From the NCBI GenBank assembly GCA_025201805.1, contig MU619334.1:60888-124887 (forward strand): a DNA stretch of 64,000 nt, written 5' to 3'. Origin of the DNA: Parasitella parasitica NRRL 2501 (taxonomy: Eukaryota > Fungi > Mucoromycota). Below are positions 1 to 13,100 of the stretch, in pieces (position 1 is the stretch's first letter; each line of letters opens with the position of its first letter). Below the pieces are notes generated by a model. The model did not search any database and had not been told where the DNA came from. It saw only the letters and a list, made by a program, of their open reading frames with translations. A program made the translations under genes and the position numbers.

Positions 1-303
1 CCCATGCTTCAGGGTTAAAAAAAAAAATAAGCTGATGGCATTAGGTTTGTATTTCGGGGCACTTGCTTAAACACTGGGTATCTGAAAAACGTTTGGTGAT
101 GCATACATTTCAAACCAAGTTTACGAGTGTATACTTGTATATCAGACTGGGCAAAGATCTGAACAAGCGTCTTTATTCATCATAAAGGAGAAAAATTGGT
201 ATATATCATAGTTTTTAAAAGCAAGTTTTTTGATTATTTTTGAATAAGAGAATGGGATATGTTTGTGTGCGTGTATAATGGATGTGCGTTGCAACAATGA
301 TTT

Positions 304-1525
304 TTAATCTTGCATATCATGAGCATCGCCTCCTTGAGACTTGTTTGTCTTTGCCCATCGTAAACCACACGCATTGCATAAACTTTATATTTACAATTAA
401 AAAAAAAAACCAAATATGACATGAAATCAACAACTTACGTCTTGGGGCCTCTGGGACCTCTTCTCCACTCAGGAGCGTCGGTTCTTCCACAGTCTGTGCA
501 AATGCGCTCGACAGCATCTTCATTGTTACGTCTCTGAATGGAAAGAAAGGTAAAAAAAAAAAAAAAAAGTCAATTGCATGTAGCACTCGGATGTAAAGTT
601 ACGCTCATACCTTTTTGCCACCTCTCAAGTTTTCAGTTTCATTGATAGTAGCACCCTCTTCGCCAATGGAAGGAGCAACCAAGGTATTGAACAATTCACC
701 TTCAAGACCCATAGAGATACCACGAGAACGCTCACCCAAATCAAAGTGGAGACCAGTGAAGAGAGAAACTGATTCAGAAACGCCATAGGTATTAAGAACA
801 CCTTGAGTGTAAACATTAGCAGATGGTGCAAAGAGCTCTTCGAAATCATCTTCATATTCCTCGTCGTCGAATTCATTCTCACCAAACGAGGCATTGTTGA
901 CAGAATCATCGCGAACGCTGCTACCGGGGGTGTTTGTCAATGTTTCTTGAGGAGAAGGTTCTTGGTGCATGGGTTGCTTGGGAGCAGCTCTGCCTTGACT
1001 AGCATTGGCCTTGGCAATAGCAACCTTGCGCTTCAATATCTCGTTCTCCATCTTGTAATCCAAGAAGGTATCCATCATGCGGGTCATTTCAGCTGGCACA
1101 CTGCGTGCAGAGCCAAAAAAGCCTTGTTTGAAAAAGTGGCCTCGAGTTTCCAAGGTAGTATACTTTCCATCTTTTCTCAAGAAACGATAAATAACACGCA
1201 TTATTGAACCGTTTGCTTGGGCAGTACGGAATTCACGGCTGAAAATATCGACATCATCGACATGGATGTATTCCGAGAAGCTGTGGCCCATCAATTCGGC
1301 TGGCTGATAACCAAGGAACTCGCGAGAGGCAGGAGAGCAGTACAGCACATTCAAATCAGAGGACAAAACATGGATTACATCTCGAAGCTCCTCTAAAACG
1401 TTTTGAGACCAGTTTTTTCTGCGAGTGAATTCGGCTGGGCCGTTTGACATGGCATTAGAGTTTCTTGTGGTTAAAGCTTGAGAAGCAAACTTGTTGATTT
1501 GCATAACAGATTGTCCTGATTCCAT
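304..1525 (-). CDS. White collar-2-like PAS domain + GATA zinc-finger transcription factor (3 exons)
   Basis: Exon 1 encodes a PAS domain (LRDVIHVLSSDLNVLYCSPASREFLGYQPAELMGHSFSEYIHVDD). Splicing exons at ~534-439 and ~382-304 gives [32 protein letters not shown], a C-X2-C-X18-C-X2-C GATA finger. This is the WC-2 architecture. Confidence 0.9.
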
Positions 1526-1724
1526 TTTTGTTTTGGTTTGTTTTTATTATTGCACGAAAAGTAAAAGAAGAGTAAAGAACCAAAAAAAAAAAAAGAAAAA
1601 AAAAGGGCGAGATGGCAAATAGCTATTTATTGACTAGTGCCAACTGAATTTTTTTTTTTTTCCATGTCAATTTTCACTTTATACACATGATAAATTCCGC
1701 CTCCCAGGATGTTGTACCTGCCCC

Positions 1725-1747
1725 TTTGTTGTTGTTGTTGTTGTTGT
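1725..1747. repeat. (TTG)n microsatellite
   Basis: About 7 TTG units seen directly. Confidence 0.85.
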
Positions 1748-3089
1748 GTTGTGCTGTTATCTCCTTACTTGAATCCTCTCCTTTTTGTCATTTTAAAGCA
1801 GTTGGATTTCAGACATCATCTTTAAATAAGGGCCAAGATCATATGAGACACAACTCTCCTTGTTTTCCTGCCTAGTCAATCTCATATATGCCTTGTCAAA
1901 GCACTTGGCTACATTTGCCTTGTTTGGCAAAGCAGGAGCAAAGGCGTTGAAAGCTGATTTTGTTTGTATTCTAGATTGATCTTTTTTTCTTATTAAGGTT
2001 AGGTTGCAACAAGCAAGATAGAATTGATGTGAATCCCGGAAGTGATGCGCATCAAGGAGAATACAGCTTATATTTTATTTCCATTATAATACCACATCTT
2101 TTTATTTTTATATACGTATACACGATAAATTATCTGTCCTCTGCGACCTTTCCCTGACAGATTTTACATCTATGTCATATTTGATAAAAGCTCGATTGAT
2201 TTGTGCGACAGGCGTGGTTGCACTTGTATCTGTGTGAAAAGAAAACTCCATTGCTGTCTGATCAAAACCTTACAACTTTATGCATAATAATTAGACGATT
2301 GTTGTTGTTGGTTTTTTTTTTGTTTTCCCTGTAGTGGCAAATGTGAAAGGGGGGGGGGAGGGGAACGGTCCGTCTTTAAGTTTATCAAAATAGACATTCC
2401 TATACAGCTTGTACCTCCTTATATGGCACACATAAAAAAAAAAAAGATTGAACTAGAAGTTTCTTTGATCTTGTTTATCAGACTAAAGTTACGAATTAAT
2501 CAAAAATGCAGCTCAAACTTTGGTATATATGGTGCTATTTGGGAATCCTGGGTATATATGATATATAAAAACCTGATCATTTGTGTGGGATGTTGAGATA
2601 AGCTAACTGCATGCTGATTTAGATTGAGCACCAGGTAATGGGCATAGATAAGTGCTGGGATAATCCGCAAGTCCTAAATTGCTTGGGTTATATTTCCTAT
2701 TACAGTGAAAAACAACAAGTGCAACGTACTATACAGGCTTTTCATATGCTGTTGTTTCATCGAACTATGGCCTAGTCATTCCAAGCTCTTTTATGGATCA
2801 ACCCGCTACATAAATACACTTTTTTTTTTCGCCACCTTATATTGGTTTCAAAGAGATTTCGTGGCATAAATCAGGGATCGTCCACTATGCAGCCTCATTT
2901 ATATTTACAGTGTCAGACACTTTTTACATGTAGATGCTTTTTTTGTTTTTGTTTTTTACCTTTTGACCGGTGTGTGTGAGTAAAGTTATGCATCAAACCT
3001 ACCAGTAGACGGTCGCAAAGTGCTCAGCGCTGCTTTGAGTAGCCCATTAAGCTAGGAAAGTGGGCAAAGTATAATGAATAGACTAACGT

Positions 3090-3810
3090 ATTCTACTGTT
3101 AGCTACAGCCCTTACTTGGGTTCATAAATTGAGCATGTTGAAACCAAGATAATTCATTGCAGCAGTGCGTATTAGGAGTTAATCCTGCAAAATCACTCAA
3201 AATTGTCGTTTTCAAATCGCCATATCTCGTTAGCAAGTTGCTTTTTCGGCCTGAAACTAGCAGATTCCTCTTCTTCGACAGAGAATTAGGGATAGGAACG
3301 TTTTTTAGCAATTTTTAGGTCAAAAAAAAAACCATTGATTTTTCTCAGATTTTGCCTTGCATCTATAAGGACCAAACTGATCAATTTCGTAAAAGGCAAA
3401 CTTTCACCTCAAAAATTACATTTTTTACTATAGGGTTTCTAAGCTCAAATGATCCTAAAGCCACGTTTTTTTTATTCAAAAGCTTTATATCACCCAGCAA
3501 CTATGCAATATGTCGACTTTTTTCCAAAAAACATAAAACATGTTTTTTCAACGTAGCTCCCTCAAAAATGAGCAAAACTTTTTTTAATTTGTACCATCAG
3601 AAAGATTGCTTTTCTGTGCATCTAAAAGATTATACTCTCAAGTAACGCATTTGTATCAAAATATTTTCTAAAATGTTCTCGAAGCCAAAGATGCCAAAAT
3701 TGAATAAAAAAAGTTCTATTTTGAAGATTATCAACTTCAATACCCGACAGGTACATTTCTACAAGCGCCTACGGCATTCAGTGAGCAAAATTACGAGTAT
3801 ATACCTTTAC
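3090..3810. mobile_element. Probable decayed non-autonomous DNA transposon
   Basis: Non-coding and AT-rich. It ends in TTACGAGTATATACCTTTAC, and a similar motif (TTACGAGTGTATACTTGTA) occurs at ~121-139. It carries an ATATCTCG motif whose complement recurs in the 41-43 kb repeats. Confidence 0.3.
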
Positions 3811-3911
3811 AATAAATAAGTTCATAGACATTCAAATACAAAATATCTGTTCTTTTTATTTATAGAAAACATGTATTTAAGCGTCTTTTTGAAATTGATT
3901 GAGCCGAGAAT

Positions 3912-5864
3912 TTAATTTTTTGCCTGCTCCCATACTAGCTTTTGTTGCGCATTATTAGTGATAGCGAATTCCTCCACATGTTCACACTTGATCCAGATGA
4001 GAAAGTTGCTTTCGGTCCCCTCATTGACATGTTCGCTCTTTGGGACTTTCCCAATGCTTTTGTTACCTTTTCTATAACTCCAGAACGTGCCTTGGGACGA
4101 CTCAATCTTCAGAATGTAATTTCCCTCTGGGGATGTTGCCTCTAATAAAAACTTGTTATCCACGCTCGTACTCTCTTGCTGCGAGTCGAAATGGAACGGT
4201 GCAAACACTATGCCTATTCTGCGCAATCGGGTAGACGGCAAGAAAATCTTGAGCGTGTAAAGATCGTTATCTGCCAGAATCCAGCTGGAATTGATCATCA
4301 AAGTGTCAACGTTTTTCAGTCTGCGAGATAGCGTCGGCAGCACTTTGTTGTATATAATCGACTTTCGGATCTCGACACATGAAAAGGAGGCTGAATTGCC
4401 TCCTTCAAAACCAGGCAGGGAGGGCTCATCGCACAGAATCATCTCTCCCATCGATAATGTTGAGCCTTTCCTGCCCTTGAAAGCAGAAATCGCATCGTCC
4501 AGAAGCTTCCAGCTTTTATCCATAGCAAGCCATGCAAAGCGTCTTCTAGCAAAAGCCACATTCGCATATTCTGGCAAGTGCTGCGCGCTTAGCAGGTATT
4601 CGTAATGCTCGGCCATAAGTTCGATGTTGTGTAATCTTACGTCTGTAGGTGAATACAGCTGCAGCCAAATAGCAATGTCGTCTAACAAACAATCGCGATC
4701 AGCAAAGTCTTCTTCAGGTTCGACTTTGACCCAATGGAGCTTAATGGACTTTGATTTCTTGGTCCTGTCCAACTTTACACGCCAATTTGATGCCATATAG
4801 TCTCTTTCTTGGTAATCTGGGTACACAGGTGCCACACAGTCAAAGTCTACTTGAAATTCCTTAATCTTGCGCGGCTCCTCCTTCTCCTCCTCCCTGATCG
4901 AGCGCCTGACCAAATTATCCACTCTGTTGCGGATAGGATCATCATTTTTGATAGCAATGCATACGCTATAGTTTGCGATCGAGGCACAGAGGTCCAAGTA
5001 TTGATCATCTAGCTCTGGTGAAAAAAGAGCTATAGTTACGTCAAAACTCTCTAGTGCTTTGAATTTAAGATATATGTATTTAAGATGTAATGCACCCCAT
5101 CTGGCGCTATTCGTTATTGCGATTTTCTTGATGGTAGTATTCGCGATAATTTTGCTGTAGTCCATGTCATTGCCGACGGCATCTTGTTGAGTATGCAGAA
5201 ACTCTATTGCGCTTACCGTTTTAGGCACAATGTCAATCACAGGATCTGTGTCTTTGGTGTTATGAAGTAGGCTGATAATAATACGATTCAGTGACTTGAA
5301 CAGTGGAAGGCGACTAACCAAGGTTTCTTTCGAGTCGTAGTCACCAAGGTAGAAATCACAATCCAGGTGGATTTCCGTCAAAGTGTCTTTGTACTTGAAC
5401 ACTACAAAAGGGTACGTTAAGAGTGCCTTTTGATTTTGCAGATTCTCGTCGATCCTCTTGAGATTTTTAAATCTGTCAGTCAGGAGCAGATGGCAGTATA
5501 ATTCTGGCTTTTCAGCTTGTCCTTCAGCAATGATCTCCTCAATGTTGAGGCAGTTGCTCTCGAAATAGGTAAAGTATCTTGGAACATCGAACACAATGGA
5601 TTCTGAAATTTTAACTTTTTTCACTAGAGACCCAATGGAAGGATTGTTTTCGATTGTTTTCATAAATTTCATATGATGACTTTGGCCGAGAATGATTTCA
5701 CTGTAGAGCAATTTCTGTGCTGATTTACTCCAACTCTTGCATACAAGCTGACAATTAGCTAGGCTCTGCTTTTTTCGGTCATAATCGACGTCTTCAGTAG
5801 CATATTGAAAGATCTGGAGAGCTATCTCAAACGGGATTTTCTTCCAACAAGCAACATGAGACAT
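3912..5864 (-). CDS. F-box domain protein (Mucorales expanded type), single exon
   Basis: N-terminal F-box-like WKKIPFEIALQIFQY...LANCQLVCKSWSKSAQKLLY. ~650 aa open frame from ATG 5864. Confidence 0.85.
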   Translation of the reverse strand: MSHVACWKKIPFEIALQIFQYATEDVDYDRKKQSLANCQLVCKSWSKSAQKLLYSEIILGQSHHMKFMKTIENNPSIGSLVKKVKISESIVFDVPRYFTYFESNCLNIEEIIAEGQAEKPELYCHLLLTDRFKNLKRIDENLQNQKALLTYPFVVFKYKDTLTEIHLDCDFYLGDYDSKETLVSRLPLFKSLNRIIISLLHNTKDTDPVIDIVPKTVSAIEFLHTQQDAVGNDMDYSKIIANTTIKKIAITNSARWGALHLKYIYLKFKALESFDVTIALFSPELDDQYLDLCASIANYSVCIAIKNDDPIRNRVDNLVRRSIREEEKEEPRKIKEFQVDFDCVAPVYPDYQERDYMASNWRVKLDRTKKSKSIKLHWVKVEPEEDFADRDCLLDDIAIWLQLYSPTDVRLHNIELMAEHYEYLLSAQHLPEYANVAFARRRFAWLAMDKSWKLLDDAISAFKGRKGSTLSMGEMILCDEPSLPGFEGGNSASFSCVEIRKSIIYNKVLPTLSRRLKNVDTLMINSSWILADNDLYTLKIFLPSTRLRRIGIVFAPFHFDSQQESTSVDNKFLLEATSPEGNYILKIESSQGTFWSYRKGNKSIGKVPKSEHVNEGTESNFLIWIKCEHVEEFAITNNAQQKLVWEQAKN

Positions 5865-6225
5865 TGCTGTGAATTTGAGAGGAAAAAAAAAAAAAAAAAA
5901 AAAAAAAGTGAGAAATGTGAAGAGCCAGTTGTAGTGTGCTTGCCACAACTATTATCATGACTGGGATTTCCATGTTGAATAACGCAGCTCAATCATTAAC
6001 GTCAATGGGATTCGTATCGAGATTATTGCTCTAAAACTAGACTTTCTGCATATCACCCATATGCAGAATCCATGATTGTTCAGTGAATGGTTTGCAAAGT
6101 AATCTATGAAAGCAAACCACATTTTAATTGGTGAACCATTCTCCCAGCAGGGAAAAATAAGCCTGTACTTTTGCGATTAAAAATTTCATTCTTCTCTTTC
6201 ATCAAAACTTTTCAAATCACACAAA

Positions 6226-6257
6226 ATGAGTGCCTACGGTGCAGGAAAAGCCGTGAG

Positions 6258-6294
<37 letters not shown>

Positions 6295-7079
6295 GAAAAA
6301 AAAGAGACGAGAGGCTCTACAGCAATCATCATACTGACAAGAATTTAATAGAAAGATACAGACTTTAGACGTACTTGGAATAAGGAAGAATACGCAGCGA
6401 AAGCAAAAGCTCGAGAAAATCGCGATCGTTTTGCAGAGAAGAACGACGAACGCAAGAAACTAGGCCTTCCTCCGTTGAAGGCACGGAGAGAAATTGTGGA
6501 TGATTCGTCCAAGGAAGCATTAAAAGCTCGTGAGGAGAAAGTGGATATCGAGTCTAATGTGGGTAAGATCCAAGTTGTTCAAGCTGCCGATTCAAGGAAA
6601 CAACCTGGTTTCTACTGTAAGGCCTGTGATATCACAATCAAGGACAGTGTTACCTGGATCGACCATTTGAACGGTAGAAAGCGTAAGTTTGCTTAGGTTG
6701 CCAAGTGTTTAGCTCGATATTCAACCATTGGGTTAGATTTAAACAATATTGGCGTGTCGAGTAAGGTGGAGAAAGCCAATTTGAGTTCAGTCAAGGAGCG
6801 ATTAGCAATGTTGAAAAGAAAAAAGGAGAACCCTGAAAAAGAGGAATACAGTAAGCTGAATTATGTTCTGTTGCGGGTTGGTGCGGCTAACAGCTCCATG
6901 TAGACCTGGATGATAGATTAGCAGCGATAAAGCAGCAAGAAGATGAGGAACGACAAAAGAGGAGAGACAAAAAGAAGCAAAAGAAAGATCACAAAAAGAA
7001 ATCTGCTGCTAATGATGATGGCGACGATGAGATGGCCAAGATGATGGGATTCTCGGGTTTTGGATCATCGAAAGCATAA
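6226..7079 (+). CDS. SNU23: U4/U6.U5 tri-snRNP zinc-finger protein Snu23/ZMAT2 (4 exons)
   Basis: DFRRTWNKEEY, the matrin-type finger GFYCKACDITIKDSVTWIDHLNGRKH, and C-terminal MAKMMGFSGFGSSK. Confidence 0.9.
6259..6293. repeat. (AAT)n microsatellite in Snu23 intron 1
   Basis: About 11-12 AAT units just after the GTGAGT donor. Confidence 0.9.
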
Positions 7080-7465
7080 AGCATAGTGTTCTGTAAATAG
7101 TCTTTGAATAAACAGCTGCCAAGGGAAGCATCCATTTTTTATTTTTTTTCTTTGCTCCCCAACCGAGCTTTAACCATTCAAAGACGAAGATTATCAGGCC
7201 GCATTGATGAAAAGGACCACCTTAAGTCAAAGTGTGGTGAGTGGCATCGTCTTCATACTTGATACGAGTAAATTATAGCGAGGGTTATCTTGTATCAAAT
7301 ATGCCAGTTGGACATCAACAGAAACAATTTCTTCCAGAGTCCTACATTTAAAGCTTTGATAAAGGCGGCCCTTTTCTCCATTCTCCAGCAGTAGATTTTA
7401 CGCATTTTACAGCAAGCTTAAATACCATCCAAGCATTGGCATTGATAGTAGAATATGTGTACATT

Positions 7466-8339
7466 TTATTTCTTACGTGCAATGACATAATGGTTATCTC
7501 TATCATAACCTGTTGTTTCGATCTCCACACCTTCTACCTCTCTAAATAGATCATCCAGTTCACCTTGTTTGAAAAGATGGTAATATCTATTCAAATACAT
7601 ACCGTCAGCATATATCAACTGCAATTTCGGACAGCTGCTCTACCTGTTGTATACCGCACTGCTGGCCTCCTCCTCCTTTTGTCCCTTCTTGGGTGTGAGC
7701 TTCCAAGGCACAAACACATCCTGCTGCCCAGGTTCAAAGTTTCTCTTGCTGAATTTTGTCTGTTCCAGCGCCCACACAAATACCAACACTCTTCCACCAG
7801 GTTTTATGATCTTGAATATATCCTTAATTGCCTGTAATCTTCTCTCGGGGCTAGCAAAGTGATGGATAACAGCGATAGAGATGGCGAAATCCTACCACCC
7901 ATAGTTCTTTAATGCGGGAATACGAATATAAATGTAGAACTCTCTTACAAATGAATTGTCTCTGTACGGTAAATTCAGTCCATCTGCAACCATGCCTTCA
8001 AGTCCACGATCATGAACGATTTTGATCAAGTTTGCGCTCCTTGTCTTGCGAATTAGTCGTCATGATGGTGTTCCCGTATAGCATTTACCTGTCAGAGCCC
8101 ATGATCATCAACTTGGGATTGACCCCAATGTATTTTCCATTGCCACAGCCAACATCAGCGCCCAAACTCCCAATCTCCAGGCCGTTCAAGAAATCCTCCA
8201 CTACGGGCCATGGTTTATAACGGGTATCGCTAAAGTGCGAGGCAATAACTTCATACACTTCATGCACATTCTTTTGCTCATAGTCTGTTTCGTTTTCCTT
8301 GGGTGTTTCTACTGCAATAGGCTGTGGTTTGCTTGTCAT
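7466..8339 (-). CDS. TRM9: tRNA wobble-uridine methyltransferase Trm9/ALKBH8-like (multi-exon)
   Basis: YEQKNVHEVYEVIASHFSDTRYKPWP, SAM motif DVGCGNGKY, ISIAVIHH, QDVFVPW, and C-terminal YYHLFKQGEL...GYDRDNHY. Confidence 0.9.
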
Positions 8340-8493
8340 TGTTGATAAAATGGATGGAAATAAAAAGAGAGAGATCAGTGTCAAAAATTTTCTTTATTTG
8401 AATCACAGTTCTACAGTGGTGATAGACATTGCCAGCAAACGCAACATTTGCCGTTAGAAAAAAAAAACAAATGATTTACGTGCAAGATGCAGT

Positions 8494-8739
8494 TTATTGC
8501 TGGTTTTTCTCTGGTGTTTGCTCTTGGGCCATTATTTTCTTTAATCTTTCCTCATCAGAGGGTATAACCCAGGTGCCATTTGTTTCTCTGTTGTCAATTC
8601 AGTATGTAATTGGCTTGTGTTGTGAAAAAGTTTCAACCTACTGCTCGTACTCCTTCAACAATGGCTTAAACACATAGACTCCGGTGCCAATACCAACACC
8701 AACAGCAATGCCTAGTCGGATTAATCTGTCTGATATCAT
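8494..8739 (-). CDS. 63-aa single-TM microprotein, PIGBOS1-like (2 exons)
   Basis: Splicing the GTAGGT...ACAG intron gives MISDRLIRLGIAVGVGIGTGVYVFKPLLKEYEQETNGTWVIPSDEERLKKIMAQEQTPEKNQQ. Confidence 0.7.
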
Positions 8740-8968
8740 AGCTTGGTGATTGCAATCCGAGACAAAAAATAAAATATAACAGGGATAGTAGGGGTAGATT
8801 GGGTTGACAAGATGGAGGGTGTTGTGATAGGGCTGTTTGCAGTCACCTGGGGGGAGAGACAACCTCGCCATGAAAATTCATGCAAAATTCGCCTCGGATC
8901 AAAAAGACATGTCAAATAAAAACCATTGAGCGATGCAATTTTACTCTGCGTATTTTTCCTTTGTGCAA

Positions 8969-9370
8969 ATGAGTAGCAATAAAAGTAATTCTCTTGATTC
9001 AGCAGACGAGGAATTGGCAGCCATTCGTCAAGGAGAAGACTCCAATGGGCACTTGAATAACTCTACATCAGGCGACAGTATTACGGACTTTTCAGAGCCA
9101 AACCACATGGACAGCCGAAACCACGGAGACCACGATTTCACGGGTAGATTTAATCCTATGGGCGGGTTTCCTCCCACACATGGCCAGCATTTTGCTCGTC
9201 AATTAGCTCCCATCTTGGATGGCAAACACGTCGATCAAGAAGAGGTGGGCAAAAATCCCATCGTAGACCCCTCTATCCAAGCTCCAAAGCTGGGCGACAA
9301 AAGACAAGACGAGCCAGACCAAGATAGAGTTGGACTTGATCCTAGTCAAGGCAAGTTAAAGTTAGATTAA
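8969..9370 (+). CDS. Hypothetical hydrophilic protein (~133 aa)
   Basis: Clean open frame with coding-like composition and AATAAA after the stop. No recognisable domain. Confidence 0.65.
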   Translation: MSSNKSNSLDSADEELAAIRQGEDSNGHLNNSTSGDSITDFSEPNHMDSRNHGDHDFTGRFNPMGGFPPTHGQHFARQLAPILDGKHVDQEEVGKNPIVDPSIQAPKLGDKRQDEPDQDRVGLDPSQGKLKLD

Positions 9371-10146
9371 TGCTAGATATTCGATAACAATATAATAAAG
9401 AAAACACGTGAAAAAACCCATGTTACCAGCAGGTTCAAATTGCCTTGAGCTCTCTGTAAGCCTTTATACATATATATATATATATATATCTGAACATGGA
9501 GAGAATGTGCCCAAGTGCTTGCTGATGTCTACCATCACTTGCTTTGTTGAGCGTCACGAGCTTAGATTGACCACGTTCTGCTTTGTGTGTGGGGCAGTAT
9601 CAATGCGTGTGGACTATGGGTAGCCGACATTTGAGGGGATGTCTATATCAGTATCACTCAGCGGCTGCCAAAGACATTACGCATAGGTGAGTTATAAGAC
9701 AAAGGGCGATAAACCAAGATGGTCTTTTATTGTTGTTAAATGGCTTGGTTCCTACCGATAACAATTTCGAGCAAAAGTCTATCCATATGCTATTGTCTAC
9801 GTCAACGACAAAAAAAAATACTCGAGTCAAGACCAAAAAGAACAGGTAAATTGCACAGATTGCCGTTTACTAGTGCTGGCATTCTGATACAGTGTGCTTT
9901 CTCAAGAATTATAAATCATCGTTCATCAAAAGCTCTCTGTATCCAGCTATTCCAGGAAATATGCAGCCATTACAGATCTACTGCACGCTTATGAACAGAG
10001 GAAATTGTGGACTACAAGTGGCAGTAAATAGCCTTGTGCCAAGGGGGGGGGGGAGCATCCTTTGATAAGAGACGGATTAGCGAGGAGATTTAACTCGAAA
10101 AAAAATAAAAAAAACTTGCCGAACATGCTTTTCTTCTCGTGAAAGT

Positions 10147-13100
10147 ATGACACCTACAAGCAGTAAAAGAGATGGAGAAATACCAGCTGTGATTTGCTTC
10201 GTTACTGGTATTGCGGCCGTGCTGATGGGATATTCAGTATATTCCCATCTAAAGACATTACATGATCGTAGTTCAGCACCCAGAAAAGCAGCTACCAACA
10301 AACCTGGAAGCAAACTCGAAGATTCCATTAGGCTCAAATCATTAGCCTATCTGACTCAATCACACAATGTGAACATTCAAAGCAGGTAATGGTGGATATT
10401 GCAGTACTTGTTTATCACTCATCCAACACTGAAATCTACACCCACGCAGTTCAATCAAGATTATATTAGAGAGAGCCATGTCAGGTATATGCCGTTGCAG
10501 CCATGACTTTATTCGATAGACATTTAAACCTAGTATTGTCTGATTATTATAGCTACCTACTTGCCAAAGATCATTGCTGCATGCGATAAAGGTCAGCCCA
10601 TAGAAATCAAATCGAAAGCACTGCCATCATTGCAGTTGCTGACTAGAAAGGGTAATATTTATTTCATGAGCGGAATTTGCGGTTTTTTACTAAACATTTC
10701 TGCAGAGAACAATAAAACTACATTGTTGGAGGCTGGTGCATTGAATGTGCTTGTAGACGCACTAAAATGCCAGGACCCAGCTATGAAAGAAGTAACTCAA
10801 CGATACGTGGCAGTGGCAATCTGTGATTTGATCCAAGGCAGTGGTAAAACACGGCGTTACATGATTTGGTTTTCTTGCCTTTTGCTAATCCCCTCCTTTT
10901 AGACGCCAACAAGTACTGTATACTGGAATTAGGCGTACTGGATCCCATCAAGCGCATCTTGACTTCAGACGATATCCGCAACAACGAGCTAAAGTATTGG
11001 ACATTGATGATACTATATCAGATTTCTCTCAGTGGTAAACATTAGGCAATCAACTCCCAACAGCACATGCTAAATGAACGCAACGGTTTCTGTTAAAAAA
11101 AATAGATCCACTCCCAAAAGTCCTGATTCAAAAGGGATTCGTCAGACTGCTGGCTCGCATGGCACGAATGACCTATGGCAATACCAACATGCCCAAATTC
11201 TGCATGCAGAGCCTAGTCCGAATAGCAGCTAATGTCGATGTGTCTGAAGCGAAAAAAGTGCTAAAGGAGCTACTCGATTACAACATTGTAGACCTGATTT
11301 CCAATTGCCTGAGAGGGGACGATGTCGAGTTGATATACTGGGCAGCAGGGCTCATGCATGAGTTTGTGCTAAAGGACGTGGCCGCAGACAAATTTCGAAA
11401 GATCAAAGGGATCCACGCTATCCTAGCAAGCCTTCTATCAGCAGAGGAAATGTACATTTCACGTGTCATATTAAGGACAATCAAGTTTATGGCGTTTGGT
11501 CAGGAAAAGTTTAGGCGGGAGATGGTGAGATCGGGAATGGTCAAAAAGATCATGCATTGCCTGTCGCTGGATGATGACGATGTTCGATACTGGGCCATCT
11601 TGTGCATACATGTCGTGGCAGGGCAAGTAGAGTCTCATCAAGATATCATCTCTGCGGCGGAATTTGAGATCTTGCTGGATCTTGCTTTGTCGTCAAAGAT
11701 CAAGGTAGCCATCTTTGTGTCTGATATTTTATCCTTGATCTGCTGTATTTGTAAGCTTTGATTTGAATCATTTTAGTCTGTATTTGCATGGCACTAACCG
11801 CAGTTCTATGATAGCAAGCAACAGCACACATATGGAACCAAATATAGCGCTGATCGTAAAGACTCTGAATGTACTGTTGGTAGAGGGAGAAATAGACGTC
11901 CAATATAACGCTGCAGGCGCCATATTCAACGTCATGACCATGACCCGTAAGTGTCTTTTGATAGATTGTTCTAAAGTCTTTTGAAGCCCAACGACTATTT
12001 TGACAGATGCGTTTGCCAACAAAGTGCGTGATACCTGCTTTGACGCACTTTTAAGCATAAGCAGAACTGCATCACACGAAAGAGTCCAGCTGACATGTAC
12101 TAAAGGAGCACTGATGGTTGCTATCAAGAATCGCTTTCTTGTCCCAAACGTCAATATTCAAATTGCAGAGCCACTGGTCGAAAAAGTCAACTCTATATCT
12201 CAATTGAGTCTGCCTGTTATGATTACGCAGGCGCTTTTACGAGCAACCAAACAAGAATCTGGTGCTGCTGCCTCTTTGTCCACAAAGACGTCTTCAACGG
12301 CAAAATCGGGGTTTAGCATCCACGATGCCATGCAGCATGATGATGACGAAGAAGAGCGAGATTTAGAAGAGATGATGGAGGAAGAGGAGGACGAGTATCC
12401 GCAAACACCAGAATACATTGACGTCAGTGAGCAAGGGACAATATCTAATGCTTCTCGTCTCGATCGGGTGCTTTTAAAGGACAAGAGAAAGCACAAATTA
12501 TCGAATAAATCATCGCCGACACTGACTAGCGCTGACATTTCCTACCTGTTTGACACAAACATCCCTTCAACTCAACGGGAAATCCTACTGATGAATTTTG
12601 AGCTGCCTCTAGATACTACAGACACACTCGCAGGCGCATTGACCGCGCTCAACATCCTGCTTGAAAACGAGCAAATTATGCGCAACATGGTTTTTGGGGC
12701 CGGATTCAACCATGCCAATGGTGCCATGATGGAACACTTTATGATGGATATCGACGACGAGTACTACACCATGGCCAAAAGCAACACAAAGACGTCGGCT
12801 GCATCTTCATCTGAATCTTCATCCGGATTCCCTGCGTTCCCCGAAAACATTTGTCGACTACTCCAGAATCTTGTCCAGCTGTCTGCTTATCCTGCTTTGG
12901 ATGAATGGGCTTCACTGCATCACCGTGAATACCCTTTGAGTACAATTAACGAAGCAAAGGCAATCACTATGTTAAACAACGTGATTGAATGGATTTGCTC
13001 GTGCGCTGAACTGCCAAACACATTCGACCATCAAGGCGAGTCCAGTGATCAAGACATGAGCAGCTGCAGTAATGACAGCGACTATGGCACAGACAAAAAA

